DNA of 64,000 bases. It comes from Flavobacteriales bacterium. Its GTDB lineage: Bacteria > Bacteroidota > Bacteroidia > Flavobacteriales_F > PHOS-HE28. Position numbers and translations under genes: made by a program. This document shows, one piece after another, positions 15,001 through 20,816 of the stretch; position 1 is the first letter of the stretch; every line of letters starts with the position of its first letter. The stretch spans positions 323,747-387,746 of the forward strand of contig JADKJM010000019.1 in assembly GCA_016721005.1 (NCBI GenBank), given 5' to 3'. A model generated the notes under the pieces. It did no database searches. It had not been told where the DNA came from and saw only the letters and a program-made list of their open reading frames with translations.

Positions 15001-15060
15001 ACGGTGTCACCTGCACAGCGCGTTTGATCAGCGCCTGCATTCACGTTGATCTGCCCGGCG
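1..15060. repeat. Coding tandem repeat array, unit ~264 bp (88 aa), ~57 units, divergent (roughly 40-90% identity between units)
   Basis: Recurring wrong-frame peptide signatures (e.g. QLPLPVVVSVSVTVPAA…SAAVGV) at ~264-bp spacing through the whole interval, and direct minus-strand translation. Confidence 0.75.
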
Positions 15061-16439
15061 AATTCCGAGAAGAAGCCGTAGCGGCATCCGCTCGTTGCGC
15101 CGCCGTTGATGATGGCGAGCGAGAACACATCCGTGGTGTTCGAAACGATGAATGCTTGGTTCACCGGCACCTGCGTGGTGTTGTACTGGATCCGCGCGGC
15201 CATCCAAACCCCACCTGTGCCAGGTACCGTTTGGAACGCCGCACCCGGTATCGTTGCCGTACCGGGTGTTACCACGAAATTGTTCTGTGATCCGTTCCTG
15301 ACCAGGATATTCAGGAAGAAGGATTCGCTTGTACTTCGCGTGAAGCTGAGTTGCGTGCTTCCCGCGCAATTCAGCGGAGGCAGGATCGCCATGCCCTGCT
15401 CGCAACCGAAACCGGTGACATGTATGGCGTACAACGGCTTGGAGCCGGTGACCAACGTGGCGTTGTTCGCCGCGCCAGCCAGATAGTCCATGTCGTGGCG
15501 GTAGTACTGGCCAGCGAAGAGCGTGGCCACAGGAACCGGGTTACCATCGATATAGACCTGCGTGTTGTTCTGCACGGCCATCACGAAGAGAGATTCGTCG
15601 CCGGTGTTGTTCAGCGCACCCTTCACCGCCACGTACTCGGTGCCCAGAATGTTCACCGGAACGATCTGATCGAGCATCAGGTCATAGCAACCGCCCGAGG
15701 GGTTGTGGTTCGAATCGTCCTTGATCGAAACCGCGACCGGCTTGTCTGAAAGCACGACCGCTCCCGAAGGGTGCGTCAAAGGGTCGGTGTGTGTCGCCGG
15801 CACCGTGTTCGCCGTGGAGTAGGTCTGGCCCTGGTTCAGGATGATGGTCCACGGAACGAGCGCGCCATGACCATCCACCGCCACGGGCGAATAGATCATC
15901 ACCGTGGTGTTGTTCTGGGTCGCAACGATATCGAACGAAGCGAACGCGAGGTCGGCATTGTTCGGTGAGAAATTGTGATTCGCGAAAGGCGTGTGCTTGT
16001 GTAGCGGGATGTAGAATTCGGTGCCCAAGCCGTTGGCACCCTTCAGCGCCATGATGTCCGGGTTGTTCGTGTTGCTGCTCTCGTAGTAGCAAGTGATGTT
16101 GGCCGTGGATTGGATCCGAAGACCCGTGTTGCGAATGCTGTTCGTCGGGCGGGTCTCCAACTGGACCTTCAGCGCCGTCATGTTGTAGCGGACGGCCGAG
16201 TTTGCCGCCACATTGATCACGATGGGTGAGCCGCCGTTGAATCCGGCGTTCGCTGGCTGCGAGACCGTTACGGTCGCAGCCGCGTTGCCAGAAGTGACGT
16301 TGAGGTAGATCGGCTCATCCCCCGGCGTATTGTGGTAATACGTCACGTCGGGCGGAGCCATCCAGAACTCGGTTCCGGTCTGTGCGTGCAGGATCCCGGC
16401 CAGGACCACCGCAAGCACCAAGAGGAGTGCCTTTTTCAT
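1..16439 (-). CDS. Giant secreted cell-surface adhesin-like protein, partial (>5,470 codons in window). Signal peptide, ~450-aa N-terminal non-repeat domain, then ~57 tandem ~88-aa Ig-like beta-sandwich repeats (recurring NAG-x-DQ-x-x-C ... L-x-G-S ... GG-x-WSGG-x-G ... Y-T-P-[ST]-A-A-E ... G-N-G-x-C motifs). C-terminus, probably a T9SS/gliding-type sorting domain, lies beyond the window start.
   Basis: ATG at 16439..16437 (minus) followed by MKKALLLVLAVVLAGILHAQ (signal peptide). Hand translation of the minus strand gives protein-like repeats at the N-terminal end and at the window edge (…TLTTITNGSCAVSSDAMMI from 59..3) in the same phase (position mod 3 = 2). No minus-strand ORF in that phase is listed anywhere in 1..16439, which is expected only if the frame is stop-free for ~5,479 codons and runs off the edge. 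All listed ORFs in the interval are R/G/H-rich other-frame products. Confidence 0.8.
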   Translation of the reverse strand, partial: MKKALLLVLAVVLAGILHAQTGTEFWMAPPDVTYYHNTPGDEPIYLNVTSGNAAATVTVSQPANAGFNGGSPIVINVAANSAVRYNMTALKVQLETRPTNSIRNTGLRIQSTANITCYYESSNTNNPDIMALKGANGLGTEFYIPLHKHTPFANHNFSPNNADLAFASFDIVATQNNTTVMIYSPVAVDGHGALVPWTIILNQGQTYSTANTVPATHTDPLTHPSGAVVLSDKPVAVSIKDDSNHNPSGGCYDLMLDQIVPVNILGTEYVAVKGALNNTGDESLFVMAVQNNTQVYIDGNPVPVATLFAGQYYRHDMDYLAGAANNATLVTGSKPLYAIHVTGFGCEQGMAILPPLNCAGSTQLSFTRSTSESFFLNILVRNGSQNNFVVTPGTATIPGAAFQTVPGTGGVWMAARIQYNTTQVPVNQAFIVSNTTDVFSLAIINGGATSGCRYGFFSEFAGQINVNAGADQTRCAGDTVLLAGTVSGGSTTGIWTTTGSGTFMPSATALNATYHPSIGDLAIGSVTLTLTSTGPCTPANDAMVVTFSPKPIPNAGPDQNVCRNNSVVQLAGTMLNAVGGVWTGGGGTFLPSNSNLNATYTPTAANLTAGQMWIKLTSTGNGVCAAVADSMLVTFTPSPTANAGPDQTRCANNAVVQLNGSFTVATGGVWSGGAGSFDPSTTNMSAQYTPTAAEVASGSVTLTMTTTGNGNCVAVNDQVLINFTAAPVVNAGAAVSLCANNAVVTLSGSVTGATGGAWSGGAGSYAPNNTTLNATYTPTAAEIAAGTLTLTLSSTGNGNCLPVTSNKVISFTAAPTVNAGANGSVCANNADITLAGSFTLATGAVWSGGTGSYNPNTTTMNAVYTPSAAERTAGTVTLTLTTVGNGNCNAVSASVTYAITPAPTTNAGLDQTLCANNAVATLNGSFTVATGGVWSGGAGSFDPSTTNVGAQYTPTPGEISSGSVTLTLTTTGNGGCIAVTDQVLLTFTPAPVVSAGVAVPVCANNVQVALNGSVTGATGGAWSGGTGSFNPNATTLNATYTPSAAEIAAGTVTLTLTSTGNGNCTAVSSSKVITITPAPTVDAGPNATVCANNSAITLAGAITVATGAAWSGGTGTYAPNNTTLNAVYTPSAAERTAGTVTLTLTTVGNGNCNAMSDQVTFTISPAPTANAGVDRTVCANNAVVTLNGSFTVATGGIWSGGAGSFDPSTTNMGAQYTPTAGEISSGTVTLTMTTTGNGGCIAVADQMVIAFTAAPVVNAGIAVSLCANNAQVSLSGSVTGATGGIWSGGTGTFNPNNTTLTATYTPTAAEIAAGTLTLTLTSTGNGACNPVASNKVITFTPSPIVSAGSNGSVCTNNATINLNGSVIGATGGIWSGGAGTYNPNNTTLNATYTPTAAERTAGTVTLTLTSAGNGNCNAVSSNVTWTITPAPTANAGADQSLCTNNPVASLGGSVTIATGGIWSGGAGTFAPSTTNLNATYTPTAAEIASGTVTLILTTTGNGTCLAVTDQVQLNFAPSPTANAGADLSLCRNNASIALGGSVTVATGGIWSGGAGSFTPNNTTLNATYTPTPAELAAGTLTLTLTTTGNGNCNSVADSRLITFTPSPTVNAGPNASVCANNSAITLAGAFTVSTGAQWTGGAGTYTPNNTTMNAVYTPSAAERAAGTVTLALTTVGNGNCNAVNDQVTFTITPAPTANAGLDRTVCANNAAVALNGSFTIATGGIWSGGAGTFDPSTTNMGAVYTPSAAEITAGIATLTLTTTGNGSCTAVNDQMVIFITDAPVVNAGVAVSLCANNAQVSLSGSVSGATGGIWSGGTGTFNPNNTTLTATYAPTAAEIAGGTLTLTLTSTGNGNCNPVMSNKVITFTPSPIVSAGPNGSVCTNNATISLNGSVTGATGAIWSGGGGTYTPNNTTLNATYTPTAAERTAGTVTLTLTSAGNGNCNAVASSVTYTITPAPTTNAGPDQTLCSNNPVATLSGSSTVATGGVWSGGNGSYSPSTTNMGATYTPTAVEIANGNVTLTLTTTGNGTCIAVTDQVQLNFTASPTANAGPDLTLCRNNASVPMGGSVTIATGGIWSGGAGSFTPNNTNLNATYTPTPAELAAGTLTLTLTTTGNGNCTAVSDSRVITFTPAPTVDAGPNATVCANNSAITLAGAFTVSTGVIWSGGTGTYNPNNTTTNAVYTPSAAERAAGTVTLTLTTVGNGNCNAVNDQVTFTITPAPTANAGLDRTVCANNPTVALNGSFTIATGGIWSGGAGTFDPSTTNMGAIYTPSAAEITAGIVTLTLTTTGNGTCTAVADQMVISITDAPTVNAGAPISLCANNAQVSLNGSVFGATGGAWTGGSGTFAPNNTTLNATYTPSASDLAAGTVTLTLTSTGNGNCNPVSSARVITFTPAPTVSAGSNGSVCSNNSNITLAGAFTGATGAIWSGGAGSYNPNNATMNAVYTPTAAERAAGTVTLTLTTVGNGNCNAVSANVTYAITPTPTVNAGPDATRCSNNPAVSLSGAFTVATGGVWSGGNGTFDPSTTNMSAIYTASAAEIANGSVTLTLTTTGNGNCVAVIDQMVINFTAAPVVNAGAPVSLCANNAQVSLNGSVSGAIGGVWSGGTGTYNPNNTTLNATYTPTAAEIAGGTLTLTLTSTGNGMCNPVQSSRVISFTPAPSVSAGPNGTVCANNSAITLAGSQSGATGAVWSGGTGTYNPNNATLNAVYTPSIAERTAGTVTLTLTTVGNGNCNAVSSNVTYSITPAPTANAGPNQSRCANNAVATLAGSVTVATGGIWSGDAGTFAPSTTNLNATYTPTAAEIATGSVTLTLTTTGNNNCIAVIDQVTISFTPAPVASAGAPISICVNNPQVTMTGSVSGATGGIWSGGLGSFTPNNTTLNAVYTPTPAELAAGTLTLTLTTTGNGNCNAVTSTRTITFTPAPVVNAGPNGTVCSNASLITLNGSVSGASGAIWSGGAGVFTPNNTTLNATYQPTVAERNAGTVTLTLTSAGNGNCNAVSSNVTYSITPAPTVNAGVDQVRCANNSATTLNGGFTIATGGVWSGGAGTFSPGTTNMNATYTPTVTELSNGSVTLTLTTTGNNNCVAVSDQMLISFTPSPTVDAGVDVSVCRNNANVPLNGAVGVATGGIWSGGAGSFTPNNTTLNATYTPTPAELALGTLTLTLTTTGNGNCTAVSDTKLITFTPAPTVNAGPNGTVCANNANIALAGAITGATGAAWSGGTGTYNPNNATLNAVYTPSAAERAAGTVTLTLTTTGNGNCNAVSAQVTYSITPAPTANAGADRVLCANNASTGLSGAFSIATGGIWSGGAGTFDPSTTNMSAIYTPTAAEIAAGSLTLTLTTTGNGLCNAVSDQVLLTFTDPPSANAGPNVTRCANNAAVALGGSVIVATGGVWSGGTGTYSPNANTLNATYNPGAGDLAAGQVTLTLTTTGNGNCAPATATKIITYTPAPIVNAGANGSVCANAATISLNGTVTGAAGGVWSGGAGSFSPNSITLNATYTPTAAEITAGTVTLTLTSAGNGLCNAVTNNVTYTITPAPTVNAGVDQSVCGNNATATLNAVITVATGVQWSGGSGSYSPGSTAQNITYSPSPIEVVNGSVTLTATTTGNGTCAAVSDAMVITYTQAPTANAGPDQTVSSNNANTTLAGSFSIATGATWSGGAGSYSPNNTTMNAVYTPTPAEIAAGSVTLTLITTGNASCSPATDQITIFFGAAPTANAGPDQTVCANNPAVQLNGAITIATGGIWSGGTGTYNPNNSTLNAIYTPSAAERAAGTVTLTLTSVGNGNSNPVSDQIVITITPAPIANAGVDRTVCANQPTAQLAGVVNNATGGIWSGGSGTFNPSNTNLNATYTPTLGEVAAGMVTLTLSSTGNGLCNGVSDQMVIFIAPSPVVNAGVDRTVCANNASVQMAGSVSNAGGGIWSGGTGTFSPSINTLNAVYTPSTSELANGSVTLTLSSTGNGSCLSVSDQMVIFFSQSPVVNAGLDRTVCANDPTVILNGSVTIASGGVWSGGGGTYTPNANTLNASYYPSPAEVALGTATLTLTSTGNGLCNAVSDQMVITIIASPSANAGADIAVCSNNAQVQLGGSVSGAGGGQWSGGAGTFAPSIASLNAIYTPTAVEITAGTLTLTLTTIGNGNCVPVSDQVLITFTASPTANAGGDGVRCANNASIQLNGTVTVANGGTWSGAGGTFTPNANALNAMYTPSAGELAAGQVTLTLTTTGNNGCAAMSDAVSYTFTPAPTANAGVDLFTCANNPSVTLNGAITVATGALWSGGNGSYTPNNSTLNATYVPSASEISAGTVTLTLTTVGNGTCNPVTDQVMITINPSPIVNAGTPLTSCANNSSAQLAGSVQNATGGMWSGAGVFTPSATNLSATYTPSNAEIAAGAATITLTSTGNGLCNAVSSQVVLTITAAPIVEAGVNQVLCANNPIAQLAGQVTNATGATWSGVSGAFSPNSSALNASYTPSTAEIASGQAWLFLTSTGNGGCLATTDSVRLQFTPAPTANAGLDIRICANTTQVNLNGAVTVATGGAWSGGAGLFTPSNAALNASYAPTAAEMASGQFNLILSTTGNGNCTVVRDSLVVIVDPVPVVNAGPDQQICANNSNVQLNGFVGNAPGGAWSGGAGTFFPSNTMLATQYAPTAAEIAAGSLTLTLSSTGTVYCTAVTDQMTIIFTGAPIVSAGSDLQICANNSAVQLTGNVTNASGGTWTGASGTFAPSSNVLSPVYTPSAGELAAGTLSLYLTSTGNGNCIAVRDTMVVTFTPAPTVNAGADLDVCMNNPVVNLNGSITVATGAQWSGGLGTYTPNAQTLNAQYAPSNFELGSGSVQLTLTTTGNGNCLAVTDQVTITVTPSPVVNAGADVITCSNQLQVPLNGTVQGGATTGLWSTTGTGLFSPTASTLNATYIASSLDSLSGTVDLTLTSTSNGLCNAVSDVLTVTILPNAIADAGVDQVICSTTNTIQMNGTITGNATQGQWTSTGTGSFLPNAADANAVYQVASGDPALGTITFTWSVNSCDNAMDQMVLTITPASVASAGADQVTCYNNLNIVINGSVNGASSSGTWSTLGSGAFANPNTALSNVYQASANDQLAGGAYLVLTATSTGVCQAAIDTMFIAIQPAGTVNAGVDVTACANNGVTQLNGTLSGDATQVQWTTSGTGSFFPNANVLTPTYVPSAIDTTIGILTLTLSAPNTCNNATDAMLLTLTPAPYVNAGADQTFCNAVTQFNLSGTISGITNMGQWTTTGTGTIANAGSLNTTYTASAADVANGSIAFTLTSLNNANCNPVSDAMTIYLTNGIVTSAGPDQNVCVLSSQANLQGSIQNGSPSGTWTSTGTGTFSPNADVLNAQYFFSAADVTNGSVVLTLTATNTGTCPSTQDAMVITFGNSSYAFAGADQALCANAPIAQLAGNFSGGSQGITWSSTGSGFFSNNTDPNATYTMSGADITSGSVQLTLTTITNGSCAVSSDAMMI
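5800..14250. repeat. Higher-order tandem repeat: a 792-bp unit (three consecutive ~88-aa domains, A-B-C) repeated ~10-11 times with high inter-copy identity (about 85-95%)
   Basis: Near-identical translated segments recur at multiples of ~792 bp. Examples: the MQLPLPTVVSVSVTVPAARSAALGVYTA… ORFs at 9814, 11398 and 13774 (spacings 1584 and 2376 bp); DPFKLIVALFVQTLPF at ~10768 and ~12352 (1584 bp apart) with a DPFKVINEAFEQTVPF relative at ~7594; related copies near 6650 and 8230. Boundaries are approximate. Confidence 0.65.
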
Positions 16440-16642
16440 ACCAGTAGGTTCAAGTCGGTCCATGAGTAGTGGACCGGGTCCGTTCTACGCAGAACCGATC
16501 TCGGGGTTCGTTCGTCGAGAAAAGTCGGCCATTGGTCGGGCGTTCCGCCTCGGGGGCGAGTCGTCGCGCCAAGTGCGATACTGGCACACGGTCCGATCGC
16601 CACCCCCGTACTTTGGCGCAGCCCTTGCGACCGACGCGCTCC

Positions 16643-19600
16643 ATGTTCCGTCCCTTACCCCTGCTCCTGCTGGGCGCTCTTTGTGCGGCGGCGGCGTTGT
16701 TCGTGACGGAACCCGATGCAGAGCATGAGCTTGCCAAAGCGGCTGCGGATATCGGCCCCCGGGTCCTGGAAATGGATCGAGGGCTGCAGGAGTTCACCGA
16801 AAACCAGACACGATCCATCGCGAGTTCAGGGTCCGGATCATGGATGGCAGACCATGCCGAGTCCATGGAATTGGTTCAGGCCCGGACCGGAATGGAGTTG
16901 TGCGCGTTCATCGGTGACAGCTTGGTCGCTTGGTCGGGCACCTCTTCCACGGGTTGGTCCAGATCCACGGCGGCTCGCCACGAACCCCGGACTGATGGTT
17001 CGGTGTTCTTACACGCCGAACTGGTCATTGGCTTGCTTCGCGTCCGCGCCTTTCGTCCTGTCTGGGTCAGTCCGCCGGTGCAGAACCGGTATTTGATCGA
17101 AGGTTTCCATCCCGCCGTTCACGCGCCGCCAGGAGCGCGTGCTGTGTCCGGAGAGGGTGTTGGGCCGGTGATATCCAATGATCAAGGCAAGGAACTTTTC
17201 CGACTAGCGTGGAACGAGGGCGCACTGGAGATGGGAACCTGGCTGGTCTGGCGTCTGCTCCTTCTCGCTATGTCCGCGTTCTTCATCCTCGCCGCACTTT
17301 GGAGGAGCTGCTTTCGCCTGGTCGGCGATGGCCGCGTCCTGATCGGGGTCGTGCTGTTCTGTACGACCGTATTGCTCCTTCGCTGGTTGACCTTGGCCTG
17401 GGGTCACACCGCGCCTTTCGACCGATGGCCCTTGTTCGATCCCGCGATCTATGCGACATCCAAATTCTTCCCATCCTTGGGCGATCTGTTGATCAATGCC
17501 CTGCTCTTCGCATTCGTCGCTTCGTTCCTGTGGGCTTGTCGTCACCGGATCGTCAGCAATGGAGACGCGCTTTCGGTATTCCTCTTCGGAGGGGTGATCC
17601 TGGCGCTTTCCGTGTGGATCACCCGGCTTTGCATCGGCCTGATCAACGACAGCAGTATCGATCTCGACCTCTATCATGTGCAGAGCATCGATGCGTACGG
17701 TGTGATCGCCCTGTGCATCATTGCCATCCTGCTTGGCTCATGGTGCTTGGTGGCAGCCTCTCTTGTGCCGAACGCGTTGCCCGAAAAAGCCGATCGGTCG
17801 CAGTGGGTCGCGATCGCCGGTGTCCTCTTGATCTCCATTGTCTTGCATCATTGGTACGGCATCGTGGATACCATCATGTTCCTCTGGCCTGTACCGGTGA
17901 TCGTGTTACTCGCGATCGGTCACCGTCAAACGTTCACCTTCCTCATGGGCGTTGTCCTGATCGCCCTGCTCGCTGCGATCAGCACACACATCCTCACCAA
18001 ATACTCGCACGGTCGCGAACAACGCGAACGCGTGGTATTGGCGGAGCGCCTCGCAGCCAGAGAGGATCCTGTGGTGGAGCAACTCTTTCGTGAGGTGGCC
18101 CCGGAGATCAGGCGTGACCCGGCGGTCTATGCGATGCTCACTGGAACCACCGTTTGCGGTCCGGGGGAATTGGAGGCAGTGGTCCGTCAACCGTACTTCT
18201 CGGGATACTGGGAGCGGTATGATATCAGACTCTTCGGGTCGGGTCCGCAAGGCGACACGCGTTGCGCCACCGATCTCGATCCGCCGCGAAGCACGAACGA
18301 CCCGAAGGATGCATTCCCGGTTGGCGTGAGCGACATGCCTGATCTCTTCATTGATGAGTGGTCCGAAGGCGATGTCTTCTACCACGGTCGTGTGGCCATC
18401 ATGCCCAATGACAGTCTTCCTCCGGCGCAACTGTTGGTGGAACTCCAGCCTCGTTCATCGGCTCCGGGCTTCGGCTTCCCGGAACTCCTGCTCGCGGGCG
18501 ATGATGCACTTGCTCTTCGTGCGGAACGCTACGAGCAGGCACGTTACGTGAACGGATTGTTGATGTACAGCAGCGCGCGTTCCTCCCAGCCGATGCACTG
18601 GTCCGTCGCCTTGGATGAGAACGGAGAACGCTGGTATTCGGTGAACGGGTACGACTACTTGGCGAAGGCGGTCGGAAAGAACACGATCATGGTGTTGGGC
18701 ATTCCAACGCATGGCCTCGTGGACAAAGCGACCACCTTCAGTTACCTCTTCACCTTCTTCGGCCTACTTGCTCTCTTGGTACTTGGCGTCCGCTTGATCC
18801 TCACACGGTCGATCCCCTCGCTCGGCATCGGCACCAAGGTCCGCGTCGCGTTGGTGCTATTCGCCATTACCGGCCTCGTCCTCTTCGGCATCGGTTCGCA
18901 GCAATTGCTCACCCGGCAATTCGCACAGCGCACAGCCTCGGAAAGTCTTGAGAAGGCACATGCGGTTCAGCAAGAACTCGTGCGCCAACTAGGGGATGAA
19001 AAGCTCGATCGTGATACGCACGCCTCCTACCTCCAACACTTGCTCGGTCGCCTTGGTAATTCCTTTTTCACGGACATCACGATCTACACCCCGGACGGCC
19101 GCCTGTTGGCTTCCTCACGTCCACAGATGTTCTCCGTCGGGTTGCTCGGCGATCGCATGGACCCGCTCGCATTCGCACGTCTGGCCATCGAAGGAGCGAG
19201 TTCATTCGTCCATGAGGAGAACATCGGCGGCGCAACATTCCGCACAGCGTACGTTCCTCTGCTGGACCGCCATGGTGCGTTACTCGCACACATCGCACTT
19301 CCGCGCTTCGCCGACCAACACTTGCAGGAGGAGGAACGATCCGAACTGCTGGTGGCGGTGGTGAACCTGTTCGTGCTCTTGTTCGCGATCAGCATCATGC
19401 TTGCCGTCTTCATCAGCAAGTGGACCACGCGCCCGCTCGACATCCTGAAGCGTTCACTCGCGGGTGTCGCGTTGCAAGGCGCGAACGCTCCTATCCGCTA
19501 TCGCGGCAAGGATGAAGTGGGTGAACTCGTCGCGGTGTACAACCGCAAAGTGGATGAGTTGCGCGAGAGCGCGGAGAAACTCGCACGGAGTGAACGCGAA

Positions 19601-20275
19601 CATGCGTGGAAGGAGATGGCGCGCCAAGTCGCACACGAGATCAAGAATCCGCTCACGCCGATGAAGCTCGGCATCCAGCATTTCCAACAGACCTGGGATC
19701 CCGATGCGCCGGATGCGCGTGCGCGATTGGATCGCTTCAACACCAGCATGGTGGAACAGATCGATGCGCTAAGCCGTGTGGCTGGTGATTTCTCGCGCTT
19801 CGCACAATTGAGCGAAGCGAATGCAACCGTGGTGGACATGAACGAAGTCGTGCGCAGCGCGGTGGACCTGTTCGCTGGTGAGCGCGATGCCAACATCCGA
19901 TTCACTCCTGCGATGGACCCGGTCATGGTCATGGCGGACAAGGAGCACTTGCTGCGCGTGTTCAATAACCTGTTGAAGAACGCTCTTCAGTCCATTCCCG
20001 ATGGCCGGAGCGGAAAGGTCGAGGTGGTCATTCGTTCACATGAAAACGCGGCGATCGCGGAGGTGCGCGACAATGGTTCGGGCATTCCTGCGGATGTGCG
20101 AGAGAGCATCTTCGAGCCGAACTTCACCACCAAGAGCAGCGGCATGGGGCTGGGGCTAGCCATGGTGAAACGCATGGTCGAACAAGCGCACGGAACCGTT
20201 CGCTTCGATACGACCGAGGATAGTGGGACAACCTTCTCCGTGGAGCTACCTTTGGTCAAAGAGCCTGCATCATGA
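16643..20275 (+). CDS. Sensor histidine kinase, multi-pass membrane protein (1 N-terminal TM, an 8-TM block, a periplasmic-like domain, further TMs, HAMP-like linker, HisKA and HATPase_c). No receiver domain and no adjacent response regulator.
   Basis: HisKA H-box AHEIKNPLTPM; HATPase_c motifs NLLKNALQS, DNGSGIP, GMGLGLAMVKR. Many hydrophobic segments. The arginine-rich N-terminal extension of the 16469 ORF is rejected; start taken at the ATG at 16643 (MFRPLPLLLLGALCAAAALFV). Stop overlaps the next start (ATGA). Confidence 0.85.
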   Translation: MFRPLPLLLLGALCAAAALFVTEPDAEHELAKAAADIGPRVLEMDRGLQEFTENQTRSIASSGSGSWMADHAESMELVQARTGMELCAFIGDSLVAWSGTSSTGWSRSTAARHEPRTDGSVFLHAELVIGLLRVRAFRPVWVSPPVQNRYLIEGFHPAVHAPPGARAVSGEGVGPVISNDQGKELFRLAWNEGALEMGTWLVWRLLLLAMSAFFILAALWRSCFRLVGDGRVLIGVVLFCTTVLLLRWLTLAWGHTAPFDRWPLFDPAIYATSKFFPSLGDLLINALLFAFVASFLWACRHRIVSNGDALSVFLFGGVILALSVWITRLCIGLINDSSIDLDLYHVQSIDAYGVIALCIIAILLGSWCLVAASLVPNALPEKADRSQWVAIAGVLLISIVLHHWYGIVDTIMFLWPVPVIVLLAIGHRQTFTFLMGVVLIALLAAISTHILTKYSHGREQRERVVLAERLAAREDPVVEQLFREVAPEIRRDPAVYAMLTGTTVCGPGELEAVVRQPYFSGYWERYDIRLFGSGPQGDTRCATDLDPPRSTNDPKDAFPVGVSDMPDLFIDEWSEGDVFYHGRVAIMPNDSLPPAQLLVELQPRSSAPGFGFPELLLAGDDALALRAERYEQARYVNGLLMYSSARSSQPMHWSVALDENGERWYSVNGYDYLAKAVGKNTIMVLGIPTHGLVDKATTFSYLFTFFGLLALLVLGVRLILTRSIPSLGIGTKVRVALVLFAITGLVLFGIGSQQLLTRQFAQRTASESLEKAHAVQQELVRQLGDEKLDRDTHASYLQHLLGRLGNSFFTDITIYTPDGRLLASSRPQMFSVGLLGDRMDPLAFARLAIEGASSFVHEENIGGATFRTAYVPLLDRHGALLAHIALPRFADQHLQEEERSELLVAVVNLFVLLFAISIMLAVFISKWTTRPLDILKRSLAGVALQGANAPIRYRGKDEVGELVAVYNRKVDELRESAEKLARSEREHAWKEMARQVAHEIKNPLTPMKLGIQHFQQTWDPDAPDARARLDRFNTSMVEQIDALSRVAGDFSRFAQLSEANATVVDMNEVVRSAVDLFAGERDANIRFTPAMDPVMVMADKEHLLRVFNNLLKNALQSIPDGRSGKVEVVIRSHENAAIAEVRDNGSGIPADVRESIFEPNFTTKSSGMGLGLAMVKRMVEQAHGTVRFDTTEDSGTTFSVELPLVKEPAS

Positions 20276-20502
20276 CAGCATTGGAGCTGCGTTCTCAACT
20301 GAAGCAACTGATCGACGATACCGACGATCAAGGACTATTGGAATGGGTGAAGACCATCCTGTCCAATTCAAAGGAAAGCCGGGGTCAGGCGCAGGATATG
20401 CTGCGTGTGGCCAGGTTGAGTGATGAGGATATCGCAGCCGGACGGACGCACACCATGGACGAAGTGAGGCGTTGGATGGCGGAGCAGAAGCGCAACGCAT
20501 GA
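20272..20502 (+). CDS. Small antitoxin-like protein (addiction-module component, ~76 aa) paired with the downstream ParE/RelE toxin
   Basis: 76-aa ORF; its ATG overlaps the kinase stop (ATGA) and its stop overlaps the toxin ATG (ATGA). C-terminal …SDEDIAAGRTHTMDEVRRWMAE resembles the G-x-T-x-x-EV tail of antitoxins found upstream of RelE/ParE genes. Confidence 0.55.
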   Translation: MTALELRSQLKQLIDDTDDQGLLEWVKTILSNSKESRGQAQDMLRVARLSDEDIAAGRTHTMDEVRRWMAEQKRNA

Positions 20503-20798
20503 CCTTGGAGGTCACCGCGATCGCGCAACAAAGGCTATTCGCCATTTGGAAGCGCATCCGTGACGAGTCCTCGCAAGAAAGAGCTGACCGGGTGGAAGAG
20601 CGGCTGTTGCGCCGTGCCGAAGAGTTGATCGATCAACCCCTGAAAGGGCCTCCGGAGCCCTTCCTCGCTGAATTGAACGGAAGCCATCGTTACTTGCTGC
20701 TCGGGCGGTACAAGATCATCTATCGCATCGATGGCACAACGATCCACGTCACCGACTTCTTCGACACCAAACAACACCCCTCCCGCATGCGCGGATGA
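20499..20798 (+). CDS. Type II toxin-antitoxin system RelE/ParE family toxin (~99 aa)
   Basis: …LLGRYKIIYRIDGTTIHVTDFFDTKQHP matches the RelE/ParE core (Y-x-I-x-Y-R … I-x-V-x-R-I/F-x-H). Start taken at the internal ATG at 20499, which overlaps the antitoxin stop. Confidence 0.75.
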   Translation: MTLEVTAIAQQRLFAIWKRIRDESSQERADRVEERLLRRAEELIDQPLKGPPEPFLAELNGSHRYLLLGRYKIIYRIDGTTIHVTDFFDTKQHPSRMRG

Positions 20799-20816
20799 GG
20801 CGGATACTTTTGCCCA

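Noticed and set aside
1-15060. Possible CRISPR array, given the regular tandem repeats
   Set aside because: Repeat unit is 264/792 bp, coding, with divergent copies inside one open reading frame. There is no short direct-repeat/spacer structure and no cas genes.
16469-16642. N-terminal 58-codon extension of the histidine kinase ORF
   Set aside because: Arginine-rich, non-protein-like. The ATG at 16643 immediately precedes a hydrophobic signal/TM segment.
16440-16642. Possible Bacteroidota sigma promoter (-7 TAnnTTTG-like GTACTTTGG at ~16608..16616) for the histidine kinase
   Set aside because: Imperfect match, ~28 nt from the ATG, with no convincing -33 TTG. Too weak to call from sequence alone.
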